From Planctomycetota bacterium (GTDB lineage: Bacteria; Planctomycetota; B15-G4; JADJEK01), in NCBI GenBank assembly GCA_044225365.1, contig JBGAIQ010000004.1, forward strand, positions 32,001 through 96,000: DNA of 64,000 bases, read 5' to 3'. Positions within the stretch are counted from its first letter, which is position 1. Each line of letters begins with the position of its first letter. The notes below the pieces were generated by a model. That model was not told the origin of the DNA. It saw nothing but the letters and a program-made list of their open reading frames with translations, and did not search any database. Made by a program: the position numbers and the translations under genes. Below, piece after piece: positions 46,499 to 56,500 of the stretch.

Positions 46499-47179
46499 GT
46501 GCTCTCCCCTTCCGAGCTGTTCGAGCAATATCAGAACTACGGCAAGGCGCTCTCGCATACCTTTGCCAAGCGGCTCGGATCGCGACGGATCGCGACGGAG
46601 GACATCCTCCAGTGGGGAATGACCGGGTTGTGGGAAGCCTCGCAGCGCTTCAACCCCGAAGGCACCGTGACGTTCGAGACCTTCGCGTACTATCGCGTTC
46701 GCGGCGCGATCTACGACGAACTGCGCAAGCTCTCGATGACTCCGCGTTCGACGCGTAGGAAAGCCGCCGAGATGCGCGGCCAGGACGAGTATCTGCAAAG
46801 CGAAGTGCCGACGTTCGACCCGCGAGCGAGCGATGCCGATCAGGCGCGCACGATGCGCGACGCGATCCGTGGGCTCGGCGCCGTGTTCCTCGCATCGCAG
46901 CTCACGAGCGAGGACGGCGAGAACCCGCTCGAGAACATCGCTGAACCGGAGAAGGACGATCCCGTCGACCGTGAGTTGATTGGCAAGACGAAGATCGCGA
47001 TGCAGTCGCTTCCTGAACGTCAACGCACGGTCTTGATGGAGTTCTACGTCAAGGGCCGCAGCATGTCGGAGATCGCGGACACGCTCGGTGTGAACAAGGC
47101 GACGGTCTCGAGGGAGCACGCGCGCGCCGTCGAGCAGTTGCGCGATGCACTCGGACTCGTTCCAAAGCCACCGAAGTAG
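46499..47179 (+). CDS. FliA/WhiG-like (group 3) sigma-70 factor
   Basis: EDILQWGMTGLWEASQRFNP...FETFAYYRVRGAIYDELR; region 4 LPERQRTVL...MSEIADTLGVNKATVSREH. Confidence 0.85.
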   Translation: MLSPSELFEQYQNYGKALSHTFAKRLGSRRIATEDILQWGMTGLWEASQRFNPEGTVTFETFAYYRVRGAIYDELRKLSMTPRSTRRKAAEMRGQDEYLQSEVPTFDPRASDADQARTMRDAIRGLGAVFLASQLTSEDGENPLENIAEPEKDDPVDRELIGKTKIAMQSLPERQRTVLMEFYVKGRSMSEIADTLGVNKATVSREHARAVEQLRDALGLVPKPPK

Positions 47180-47279
47180 CGGTTTGTTTCGACGGACCCC
47201 TCAAAGGAAGGGGTTCCACTTGCCGATCTATGCAAGCGAAGGAATCGAGTCCTCGCAGGAAGATCGGAGCAGTTACGGC

Positions 47280-49001
47280 GTGAGCGCGACAGGGAACGTT
47301 CAACAGTCGGCGATCCGCTCTGCATCGAATGCCGGCGAGGATGCGGTCGTCGAACCGGTAGAAGTTCACGGCAAGCCCTCGCCGTGGAACGCCTACCTCG
47401 AACAACTGCGCTCGCGCGGTCCCATCTGGGCGCGGTACGACTTCAAGGGCGAGATTGCGCGCGGCGGCATGGGCGTCGTGTATCGCGTCCATGACGCCGA
47501 CACGATGCGATCGTTGGCGTTGAAGGAGATGCGGCCCTCCGACGGCGCTGGGTCGAACGTGACTCCGGCGTCGAATGGGACCCTGCTCGCCCGTTTCGTC
47601 GAGGAAGCTCAGATCACGAGTCAGCTCGACCACCCCGGAATCGTCCCGGTCCATGAGATCGGCGTCGACGACAAGGGTCGCGTTTACTTCACGATGAAAC
47701 TGGTCGAGGGCGAGACCCTTCGCGCCGTCATCGAGAAGGTGCACTTCGGGATCGATGGTTGGAATCCGACTCGGGCCGTCCACGTGCTGCTCAAGGTCTG
47801 CGAGGCGATGTCCTACGCCCACTGGAAGGGCGTGCTGCATCGCGATCTGAAGCCCGCGAACATCATGGTCGGTCAGTTCGGCGAAGTGTACGTGATGGAC
47901 TGGGGTCTCGCCCGGCTCCTCGGTCCGACCGCGAAGTACGCGATCGAGAACCTCACCGAACACCCCGCCCCTCGAGTGCGGACCGTGCGACGCAGTCAAG
48001 GCACGCTCGATCAGGAAGACTCCGAACTGACGGTCAACGGCGACATCGTCGGCACCCCGTCGTACATGGCGCCCGAACAGGCGTTCTCCGAGAAGGCCGC
48101 GCTCGGCCCGCACAGCGACGTCTACTCCGTCGGCGCGATGCTCTATCACGTGCTCACCGGCGTGATCCCCTACACTTCGTCTCAGGAAGCCGTCACGCCA
48201 GAGCAAGTCGTCGAGCTGTTGAAGAAGCACGCTCCCGATCCGATCGAATCGCTGAATCCAAAGGCGCCGCCCGAGCTCGTCGCGATCTGCGAGAAGGCGA
48301 TGGCGCGCCACGTCGAGAAGCGATATCCCACGATGAATGCACTCGCGAACGACCTGCGGGCGTACCTCGAGCATCGCGTCGTTCGCGCCTATGCGAGGGG
48401 GCCCTGGGCCGAACTCCACAAGTGGTTCGATCGCAATCAGGCGTTCGCCGCCACGATCGCCGCGATGATCACGCTCGTCTCGCTGCTCGGAAGCTACGGC
48501 GCCTTCCGCCTGCACAATGAACGCGACGACGCCCTCCTCCGACTCGACATGACAGAGTCCGCGCTTACCCAGGCGAGACATCTCCAATACACGGCGGAGC
48601 GTCGCGCGCAGAGTCTCGACGGCACCATTGATCGCTATCTCCCGTTGATCGACTCCGACGAACTCGCCTCGTTGCGCGCCGATTTCTCGCGGCTCGCGAG
48701 TTCCGAGGACACGAAGTCCCTTCCCGAGATCAACGCATGGATCGCGTCGGCGCGGGATCTGCTGACGCGCGCGGAGCGACACCGCAAGGCGCATGCGTCG
48801 GTGAGCGAGAGTGCGACTCCACGGAACACGGAGACGGCGGCGCTCACTGCCGCGCTCGAGAGCCTCGTCGCGGGACTCGCGGAACTGCAGCGCACGGACG
48901 AAGCGGGAGCGATGACCGTCGCAGCGATGGAGAAGACCGCCGAGCGCCTTGCGGCAGAGAACCACAAGAAGAAGCTCGCATCCAAGCACGCGACGCACTG
49001 A
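47280..49001 (+). CDS. Hanks-type Ser/Thr protein kinase with TM helix and C-terminal helical domain
   Basis: IARGGMGVVY, ALK, HPGIVPVH, HRDLKPAN, DWG, GTPSYMAPEQ, SDVYSVG; start uncertain (GTG 47280 chosen). Confidence 0.88.
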   Translation: MSATGNVQQSAIRSASNAGEDAVVEPVEVHGKPSPWNAYLEQLRSRGPIWARYDFKGEIARGGMGVVYRVHDADTMRSLALKEMRPSDGAGSNVTPASNGTLLARFVEEAQITSQLDHPGIVPVHEIGVDDKGRVYFTMKLVEGETLRAVIEKVHFGIDGWNPTRAVHVLLKVCEAMSYAHWKGVLHRDLKPANIMVGQFGEVYVMDWGLARLLGPTAKYAIENLTEHPAPRVRTVRRSQGTLDQEDSELTVNGDIVGTPSYMAPEQAFSEKAALGPHSDVYSVGAMLYHVLTGVIPYTSSQEAVTPEQVVELLKKHAPDPIESLNPKAPPELVAICEKAMARHVEKRYPTMNALANDLRAYLEHRVVRAYARGPWAELHKWFDRNQAFAATIAAMITLVSLLGSYGAFRLHNERDDALLRLDMTESALTQARHLQYTAERRAQSLDGTIDRYLPLIDSDELASLRADFSRLASSEDTKSLPEINAWIASARDLLTRAERHRKAHASVSESATPRNTETAALTAALESLVAGLAELQRTDEAGAMTVAAMEKTAERLAAENHKKKLASKHATH

Positions 49002-49010
49002 AGCTGGAGA

Positions 49011-49784
49011 TCACGTCAGCCGGCGGCGGATCCATGCGTCGTAGAGGCGCGGAGCGATCATCCCGAGGATTCCCTTCACGCGCCAAGCCTTCGTGGCCTC
49101 GACGTAGGGCTCGCCGGAGCGAAGCGCTCGAATCACGAGTTCTGCGGAGTCCGCCGCCGAAGTCGTCGCATCGGTGGTCACCGCCCCACCGAGCGCACGG
49201 GCATGGATCTGCGTGCGCGTCGGACCCGGCGAGACGAGGCTGACTCGAATCGGAGTGCCCGAGAGTTCGGCGCGCAGTGCGTCGGCGAAGGCGACCAAGG
49301 CCCCCTTCGTCGCCGAATAGGCTGCGGCGAATGGGGTCCCCCGGCGCCCGGCGTAGGAACCGACGAGGACGATTCGACCATCCTCCGCATTGCGAAGGAG
49401 CGGCATCGCGAGTCGCACCGTGAGCAGCGCCCCGAGGACGTTCGTCGCAACGATGCGCTCGAGATCCATCTCCGACATCGACTCGAAGGGCCCGCGTGCA
49501 AGGATCGCCGCGTTGGCGATCACGGCGTCGAGACTCCCGAAACGCTCGCTCAGAAGGGCGAACGCCTGCGTCATCGATCTCGCATTGCCGACATCGGCGG
49601 CGAGGACGAGGGCGTCGTCTTTCGAAGTCCAGTTCGCCGAAACGGCCTCGAGGGCCTCGACGTCGCGCCCCAAGAGAGCGACTCGCGCGCCGAGTTCATG
49701 GAGACGCTGCGCCAGCGCCGCCCCGATTCCCTGGGATGCGCCGGTGATGAGGATCTTCTTGCCTTCGAGACGAGATTGCGACAC
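49011..49784 (-). CDS. SDR family oxidoreductase
   Basis: TGASQGIG, ANAA, YSATK, SPGPTRT; start uncertain. Confidence 0.85.
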   Translation of the reverse strand: MSQSRLEGKKILITGASQGIGAALAQRLHELGARVALLGRDVEALEAVSANWTSKDDALVLAADVGNARSMTQAFALLSERFGSLDAVIANAAILARGPFESMSEMDLERIVATNVLGALLTVRLAMPLLRNAEDGRIVLVGSYAGRRGTPFAAAYSATKGALVAFADALRAELSGTPIRVSLVSPGPTRTQIHARALGGAVTTDATTSAADSAELVIRALRSGEPYVEATKAWRVKGILGMIAPRLYDAWIRRRLT

Positions 49785-49957
49785 GGCGACCCGTTTCAGG
49801 GGACGGAAGGCCGCATGATAGGAGGTCGGATCCGCAGCGAAGCGCCGAACCGCGAATGCACGCACGTCCGTCTCCATCCGCCAACTGCCGATGGCCATCT
49901 GCGTTCTCTCCCGGCATAATCGCGGGTTTGCGTGTCCGTCGAAGCCTCCGCGGTGCG

Positions 49958-50863
49958 ATGAATCTCTTCAATTCCCTGATCGCGGCCTCTCTGCCCTTCG
50001 TTCCGAAGTCGATCTGCAAGGTCTTCTCGCGACCGTACATCGCGGGCGAAACGATCGACGACATGGTGAGAGCCGTGCGGCAGCTCAACGCCGAGGGCGC
50101 CATGTGCACCGTCGACGTTCTCGGGGAATTCACTCGCGACCTGAAGCAGTGCGACGCCACGGTCGCGGAGTACGAGCAAGCGATCGCGGCAATCGCGCGC
50201 GAGAAGCTCGACTGCAATGTGTCGATCAAGCTCACGGCATTCGGTCTCTCGATCGATCGCGATGCGTGCGTGAAGAACGTTCGCAAGGTCCTCACCGCTG
50301 CGTCGAAGCACGGGATGTTCGTGCGCTTCGACATGGAGGACTCCCCGTACACGACGAAGACGCTCGACCTGCTGCGCGAGATGCGCAAGGAGTTCACCGC
50401 GGTCGGCCCCGTGATCCAGGCGTACATGCGACGCAGTCTCGCGGACATTCGCGACCTCGAATCGACCCTGAAGCCGCTCAACGTGCGACTCTGCAAGGGC
50501 ATCTACCGCGAGCCGCCCGAGGTGGCCTTCCAGGATCGTGAGGTCGTGCGCAAGTCGTACGCGAACCTACTCGAGATCTTGCTCACGAACGGCGTGTACG
50601 TCGGCATCGCGACCCACGACGAAGTGCTGCTCTACGACGCCCTGCGCATCATCGATCGCCTGCATCTCTCGCGCGACCAGTACGAGTTCCAGATGCTCTA
50701 CGGCGTGATCCCGAAGATGCGGAAGCAGCTGATCTCGGAAGGTCATCGACTGCGCGTCTACGTTCCGTTCGGCAAGGAATGGTATGGCTACTCGCTGCGT
50801 CGCTTGCGGGAGAACCCACAGGTTGCGAGGTACGTCCTGAAGGCCATGTTCCAGCGGTCCTGA
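49958..50863 (+). CDS. Monofunctional proline dehydrogenase
   Basis: YIAGE, DVLGE, SIKLT, RFDMED, VRLCKGIY, IATHD, EFQMLYG, RVYVPFG..WYGYSLRRLRENP. Confidence 0.92.
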   Translation: MNLFNSLIAASLPFVPKSICKVFSRPYIAGETIDDMVRAVRQLNAEGAMCTVDVLGEFTRDLKQCDATVAEYEQAIAAIAREKLDCNVSIKLTAFGLSIDRDACVKNVRKVLTAASKHGMFVRFDMEDSPYTTKTLDLLREMRKEFTAVGPVIQAYMRRSLADIRDLESTLKPLNVRLCKGIYREPPEVAFQDREVVRKSYANLLEILLTNGVYVGIATHDEVLLYDALRIIDRLHLSRDQYEFQMLYGVIPKMRKQLISEGHRLRVYVPFGKEWYGYSLRRLRENPQVARYVLKAMFQRS

Positions 50864-51835
50864 GTGAGCGCCTCGCGCTTCCGCACCCGACTCGCGCCTT
50901 CGCCGACCGGCGAACTCCACCTCGGCAATGCCCGTACGTTCGTACTCACGTGGTTGCTCGCGCGCCAGGCGGGAGGATCGGTGGTCCTTCGCATCGAAGA
51001 TCTCGATTCGCGGCGAGTGAAGCCGGGTTCGATCGACACGCAGATCGCACAGCTCGAGTGGCTCGGGCTCGATTGGGACGAAGGCCCCGTCATCCAGTCG
51101 AAGCGAACCGGAGAATTCGCACGCGCGATCGAGCAGCTCACGGGATCAGGGCTGGTGTATCCCTGCGTCTGTTCGCGCAAGGAGATCGAATCCGCGGCGT
51201 CGGCGCCGCATGCCTCGGACGAGGGGCCGCGTTATCCCGGCACCTGTCGGGGCCGCTTCTCGTCGATCGAGGAGGCGCGCCAGGTGAAGGGCGGTGAACC
51301 GGCGCTGCGTTTCATCGTCTCACCCGGTCCCGTTTCGTTCGATGACGGCATCCGCGGGCCCACCACCCTCGACCCGAGCGCGGTCGGCGGCGACTTCGTC
51401 GTGCGTTCCCCCGACTCGCAGTTCAGCTATCAACTCGCCGTCAGCGTCGATGACGCCGCGATGGGCATCACCGAGGTGATCCGCGGCGACGACCTTCTCA
51501 CCTCGACTCCGCGGCAGATCCTGCTCCATCGCGCACTTGGGTACTCGCCGCCGCGATATTCGCATCTGCCGCTCGTGCTCGCGCAGGATGGGTCGAAGCT
51601 GAGCAAGCGACGAAAGGACCTCGATCTCTCGGCTCTCGCCGCGCGCGGGGTGACACCCGACGAGGTGCTTTCGTGGATCGCGAGCAGCGCGGGGATCGAA
51701 GTTCGATCTAGTCGAGTCACGCTTCGCGACCTGATCGGCGCGCTCGACCTCCGGGCCCTCCCTGCGAATCCCCTCGTGCTGGGCGACTCCCCCTTCGCGC
51801 GCAACGACTTTGGCGGCGGCGGACGCGGTCCGTAA
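50864..51835 (+). CDS. gluQ: Glutamyl-Q tRNA(Asp) synthetase
   Basis: RLAPSPTGELHLGN, YPCVCSRKE, YPGTCR, YQLAVSVDD, RGDDLL.STPRQ, KLSKR; no anticodon-binding domain. Confidence 0.9.
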   Translation: MSASRFRTRLAPSPTGELHLGNARTFVLTWLLARQAGGSVVLRIEDLDSRRVKPGSIDTQIAQLEWLGLDWDEGPVIQSKRTGEFARAIEQLTGSGLVYPCVCSRKEIESAASAPHASDEGPRYPGTCRGRFSSIEEARQVKGGEPALRFIVSPGPVSFDDGIRGPTTLDPSAVGGDFVVRSPDSQFSYQLAVSVDDAAMGITEVIRGDDLLTSTPRQILLHRALGYSPPRYSHLPLVLAQDGSKLSKRRKDLDLSALAARGVTPDEVLSWIASSAGIEVRSSRVTLRDLIGALDLRALPANPLVLGDSPFARNDFGGGGRGP

Positions 51836-52021
51836 CCGCCAACTTTGGCGGCGGCGGCTCCGATCCGTAACCGCCGGGGTCGGCGGCGGCGGCTGCGATC
51901 CGTAACCGCCGGGTTCGGCGGCGGCGGCTGCGATCCGTAACCGCCGGGGTCGGCGGCGGCGGCTGCGATCCGTCTCCGCCGGTTTCCGAGTCGGCGGCGG
52001 CGGACGCGGTCCGTGACCGCC
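51812..52021 (-). repeat. Tandem array of six REP-like units, same family as 15219-15544 in inverted orientation
   Basis: 29-bp core GGCGGCGGCGGCTGCGATCCGTAACCGCC (revcomp GGCGGTTACGGATCGCAGCCGCCGCCGCC) at 51812, 51847, 51882, 51917, 51952 and 51993; between convergent genes. Confidence 0.9.
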
Positions 52022-52032
52022 GTGGAGGGGGA

Positions 52033-53478
52033 TTAGGCGAGGACGTCCGTGTTGATGTTGCCGCCGACGTCCGTGAGGCGGAAGTCGCGGCCTTGGTGAC
52101 GGAAGACCAGCTTCTTGTGGTCGAGCCCGAGGCAGGCGAGCACGGTCGCTTGCAGATCGTGCATGTGGAGCGGTTGGTCGACGACGTCCCAACCCCAGTC
52201 ATCGGTCTTGCCGTATTCGAACCCGGGTTTGAAGCCGCCGCCCGCGATGAGCACGCCGTTCGATAGCGCGCTGTGATCGCGGCCGTAGCTGTCGAACGAG
52301 AGCGGGCCTTCGCAGTACGCGGTGCGGCCGAATTCGCCCGTGAACATCACGATCGTGTCGTCGAGCAGACCTCTCTCCTTCAGATCGGAGATGAGCGCGG
52401 CCGTCGGCTTGTCGACGTCCTCGCACTTCTTCGGCAGCGCGGTCGGAATGCGGAAGTGATGGTCCCACCCGCCATCGCAGATCTGGATGAAGCGCGTGCC
52501 TCGTTCGGCGAGACGGCGAGCGAGGAGACAGTTGTTTGCGAACGAGACCTTGCCAGGTTCGGCGCCGTAGAGGTCAAGGACGTCCTGCGGTTCCTTCGAT
52601 AGGTCGGTCAACTCCGGCACGCTCGTCTGCATGCGCGCCGCCATCTCGTACGCTTGAACGCGCGTCGTGATGTCGGGGTCGCCCTGCGCCTTCTCGTGCA
52701 TCTCGTTCAGTGCCTTCACGGCATCGAGTACCGGCTTGCGTGCCTTGTCGTCGACGCCATCCGGGTTCTTCACGAAGAGCACGGGCTCACCACCGCTGCG
52801 GAATTGGACACCCTGGTAACGCCCGGGCAGGAACCCGTTGTGCCAGAGCCGAGGATGGAGCGGCGTGCCGCCGTCGCCGCCCGAGAGCAGAACGACGAAT
52901 TCGGGGATGTTCTCGTTCATCGTGCCGAGCGCGTAGCTGACCCACGACCCGAACGACGGCCGCCCGAGGATCTGCGTGCCCGTGAAGAGGATCGTCATCG
53001 CGGCTTCGTGGAGCACGTGATCGGTCTGCAGCGAGCGACAGAGCAGGAGATCGTCCGCAATGGCGCCGAGGTTCGGCAGCAGTTCCGACATGTGCATGCC
53101 GCACTTGCCGTACTTCTTGAACTTGAACTTCGTGCCGACGACGGGGAGGGCGCCCTGCTTCTCTGTGAGGCCGGTGATGCGTTGGCCACGACGCACCGAG
53201 TCGGGAAGCTCCTCGCCGCGACGCTGATTCAGCACGGGCTTCTCGTCGAACAGATCGAGCTGCGACAGGCCGCCCGAGAGGAAGATGAGGATGACGCGCT
53301 TCGCCGTCGCCTTCGACAGGCGATAGGCCGCCGCCGCCGCATCCTCGGCCGAGGCAGCGCGCCCCAGCATGCTCGTGAGCGCGAAGGCTCCGAGGCCGAA
53401 GAGGCTGCTGCTCATGAAAGCCCGCCGCGACAACTCGGCGTTCAGGAGGGATCCGATCGTACGGTCTTCAGTGTTCAT
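52033..53478 (-). CDS. DUF1501 domain protein (Tat-exported, planctomycete type)
   Basis: SRRAFM Tat motif; AKRVILIFLSGGLSQLDLFD, YEMAARMQ, CLLARRL, GWDHH, GEFGRT, GRDH, FRLTDV. Confidence 0.9.
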   Translation of the reverse strand: MNTEDRTIGSLLNAELSRRAFMSSSLFGLGAFALTSMLGRAASAEDAAAAAYRLSKATAKRVILIFLSGGLSQLDLFDEKPVLNQRRGEELPDSVRRGQRITGLTEKQGALPVVGTKFKFKKYGKCGMHMSELLPNLGAIADDLLLCRSLQTDHVLHEAAMTILFTGTQILGRPSFGSWVSYALGTMNENIPEFVVLLSGGDGGTPLHPRLWHNGFLPGRYQGVQFRSGGEPVLFVKNPDGVDDKARKPVLDAVKALNEMHEKAQGDPDITTRVQAYEMAARMQTSVPELTDLSKEPQDVLDLYGAEPGKVSFANNCLLARRLAERGTRFIQICDGGWDHHFRIPTALPKKCEDVDKPTAALISDLKERGLLDDTIVMFTGEFGRTAYCEGPLSFDSYGRDHSALSNGVLIAGGGFKPGFEYGKTDDWGWDVVDQPLHMHDLQATVLACLGLDHKKLVFRHQGRDFRLTDVGGNINTDVLA

Positions 53479-53500
53479 GATCGTATGGCTTTCCTTGGCA

Positions 53501-56500
53501 TCAACCACGGCGGATCGATTCGTCGAGATTCAGCAGCGCGCTTCCGAGCTGCGCCCAGGCCGCGACTTCGACGGCGTCGAGCTTGGCATCGGTCTTCGCA
53601 TCGCCAACAGCGAGCAACTTCTTCACGGCTTCGGGATCCGCCTTGAAGTGCTCCCGTTCCTTCGCGAGGAGATCGCCGAGGATCTTCGCTTCGGCATCGT
53701 TCGGCAGACGTGACGTGCAGAGGCGGAAGCCGTACGCGATTCGCTGCGCTTCCTCCTTGCCACCCTCCTTCAACATGCGTTGACCGAGCATGCGACCCGC
53801 CTCGACGTAGACCGGGTCGTTGAGGAGCACGAGCGCCTGGAGCGGCGTCGTGGTGTAGGCGCGCGAGACCGTGCAGGTCTCGCGCTTGCTCGCGTCGAAC
53901 GTGATGAACGACGGATACGGCACGCCACGCTTCCAATACACGTAGAGGCCGCGCCGGTACTGCCCCTCGTCGGCGTCCTTCGTCCAGTCCTTGCCGCCCG
54001 TGATCGCGGACCACAGACCGACGGGCTGGAACGGCTTCACCGGCTTGCCACCGATCTTCTCGACGAGCAGCCCGGCCTCGGCGAGCGCGTTGTCACGGAT
54101 CATCTCCGCCGTCATGCGCAGGTGCGGACCGCGAGATAGCAGGCGATTCTCCGGATCCTTCTCGAGCTTCTCGGGACGGATCGTCGAGGCTTGCCGATAC
54201 GTCGCCGACAACACGATCCGGCGCTGCATCTTCTTCACGTCGAAACCGCTCGCGACGAATTCACACGCGAGGTAGTCGAGCAGGTCGGCATGACTCGGCT
54301 GCTCGGACCGGATTCCGAAGTCCTCGGCGGTCTTCACGAACCCGACACCGAAGAACTGCTGCCACATCCGGTTGATCGTGACGCGAGCCGTGAGCGGATG
54401 ATCCTTCGACACGAGCCAGCGCGCGAGTCCGAGGCGATTCTTCGGTTGGTCCTCGGGGAACGCCGGCAACACGAGGGGCGTGTTCGCGCTCACCTTCTCG
54501 GTCTTGTACTTGTATTGACCGCGCTTGAAGACGTAGGCCTGACGCGGCTTGTCCATCTCGTCCATGACGAGCGACTCGGGAATCTGCTTCTTCAACTGCG
54601 CCTGCTCGTCCTTCAAGCGATCGAGTTCGTCGGCGAGGACGTGGTCGATCGTCGAGATCCTCCGCCGGAAGTAGTCGCGAATGACTTTCTTGCGCTGCTG
54701 CTCGGGAGTCAGCGTCGGCTTCTTCGGACCGGATTCGGGAGACGGCGGAGCCTTGCCCTCACCGGCCTTCACCTCGACGAAGGTCGGCACCGCTGCCTTG
54801 CCGTCGCGCTCGGCGCTCTTCACCGGTGGCGCCTTGTCGATCACCTTCGGCTCCGTGCCCTTGTCGGCCGCGGGAGGCGTGACGTCGCCGGGCGGAACCC
54901 GCACATCGCGCGCGTTCGGGCCCGACGCACTGCTCGTATTCAACGCGGGTGCCGTATCCGCGACGGTCGGCGTCGCCGCCGCTTTCGCCGCGCTCCGCTC
55001 CTTGAACTCGCGTCGCAGCGCCATCGCCACTTCGTGATTCAAGACGTCGTCGCCTTCGGCATCGAGCGAGAACGTCATCGCCCCGCCGGCTCCGCCGCGG
55101 CGGCCCATGCCGCCGCCGAAGAACATCATTCCGCCGAAGCCCTTGGCGCTGTCGTCGCGTGGAGGAGCAGCCGCCACCGTGTGGATGGTCTTCAGCACGA
55201 GTTCGTTCTCGCCCGCGCGGAAGCCGAGCTTGATCACGGCGCCGGTCTTCTTGCCTCCACCGCCGAAGAAGTCCGCGAGATTGAAGTTGTCGGAGTCCAT
55301 GTCCGACTTCTTCGCCTCGACCTTGGGCTTCGGCTCCGACGAAGTGACCTCTTCGCCGTTGAGCCACAGGCGATATCCGTCAGGACCATCGAGGTGGATC
55401 GTGGCCGTGCGGGGACCGTCACAGACGATCGTGCGGGTGAGGTAGTAGGCGTAGCTGCCCGTACCGTCGAGCGACTGACGTTCGCCATCCTTCCACGTCG
55501 TGCGATCGGTCCACGCGAGCTTCTCGGGCTTCTTCTTCTCGTCGCCCTTACCGTCCTTGCCGTCCTTGTCCTTTTGGGACGCATTGGCCGCGTCATCCTT
55601 CTTCGTCGCCTTGACGTCCTTCTGAGGCGCTGCGGCGACCGCGGCGGCAGCTTCGACCGGGACTGCCGGCGCGGGCACGGGCTGCGATTCGGGCGCGGGC
55701 TTGGCTGCGACGCCTTCGGTTTCGCCCGCGGGCTTGCCGTCCTCGCCGCCGAGCTTCTTCTTGAACCCGCCGCCGAACTTGCCGCCCTCCTTATTGAAAC
55801 CGCCCTTGCTCTTGCCGGGGAATCCACCCGGCTCGCCGTCCTTCGCGGCGGGCTTCTCGTCCTTGGGATTGGCCTCCGACTCGGCTTTCGCACCGTCGGA
55901 GACAGGGGGCGCTGCGGCCGCCTCGGGAGCAACGTTCGTCGGGGCCACGGCATCGGGCGCCTTCTTGGCCTCGGCCTTGTCTGCAGCGAGCGCCGTCTCC
56001 GTAGCCTTCGATTCGCCGGAGTCCTTGGCGTCCTTGCTCGCGTCCTTGCCCTCGGGCGCGGGCGGACCCTTGCCGCCCTTGCCCTTGCCTTCCGCTCCAT
56101 CGGTGGCGGGTGCCGGAGGCAGAACGGGCTTCTCGTACTTCTTCGTGCGATCGATCCCGGACTTCAATTCGGACTCGGGGGCGAAGGCCGTCGAATACGC
56201 GGTCGCGGCGTCGGCCGCGGGGAATGGACCCACGCTCGCCCAGAATTTCGGCGCCACGGGGAGCATCAGCTTGCGGATGCGATCGTCCTCACAGTACGAC
56301 AACCGGAAGCGGCCGATCAGGCTCTTGAACTTCTGCGTCGACTGGAAGTACATCGTGACGCGAATCGTGGAGGCGTCGTTGAGCTCGAGCGGCTCGATCG
56401 GAATCAACACCGCTTCGTGAGCTTCCTTGCGGGCGCTGCCCGCGATGCTCCAACCTCCGCCGCCGCGGAAGTTGCCGTCCATCCCGGTGTCCTTCATCGG

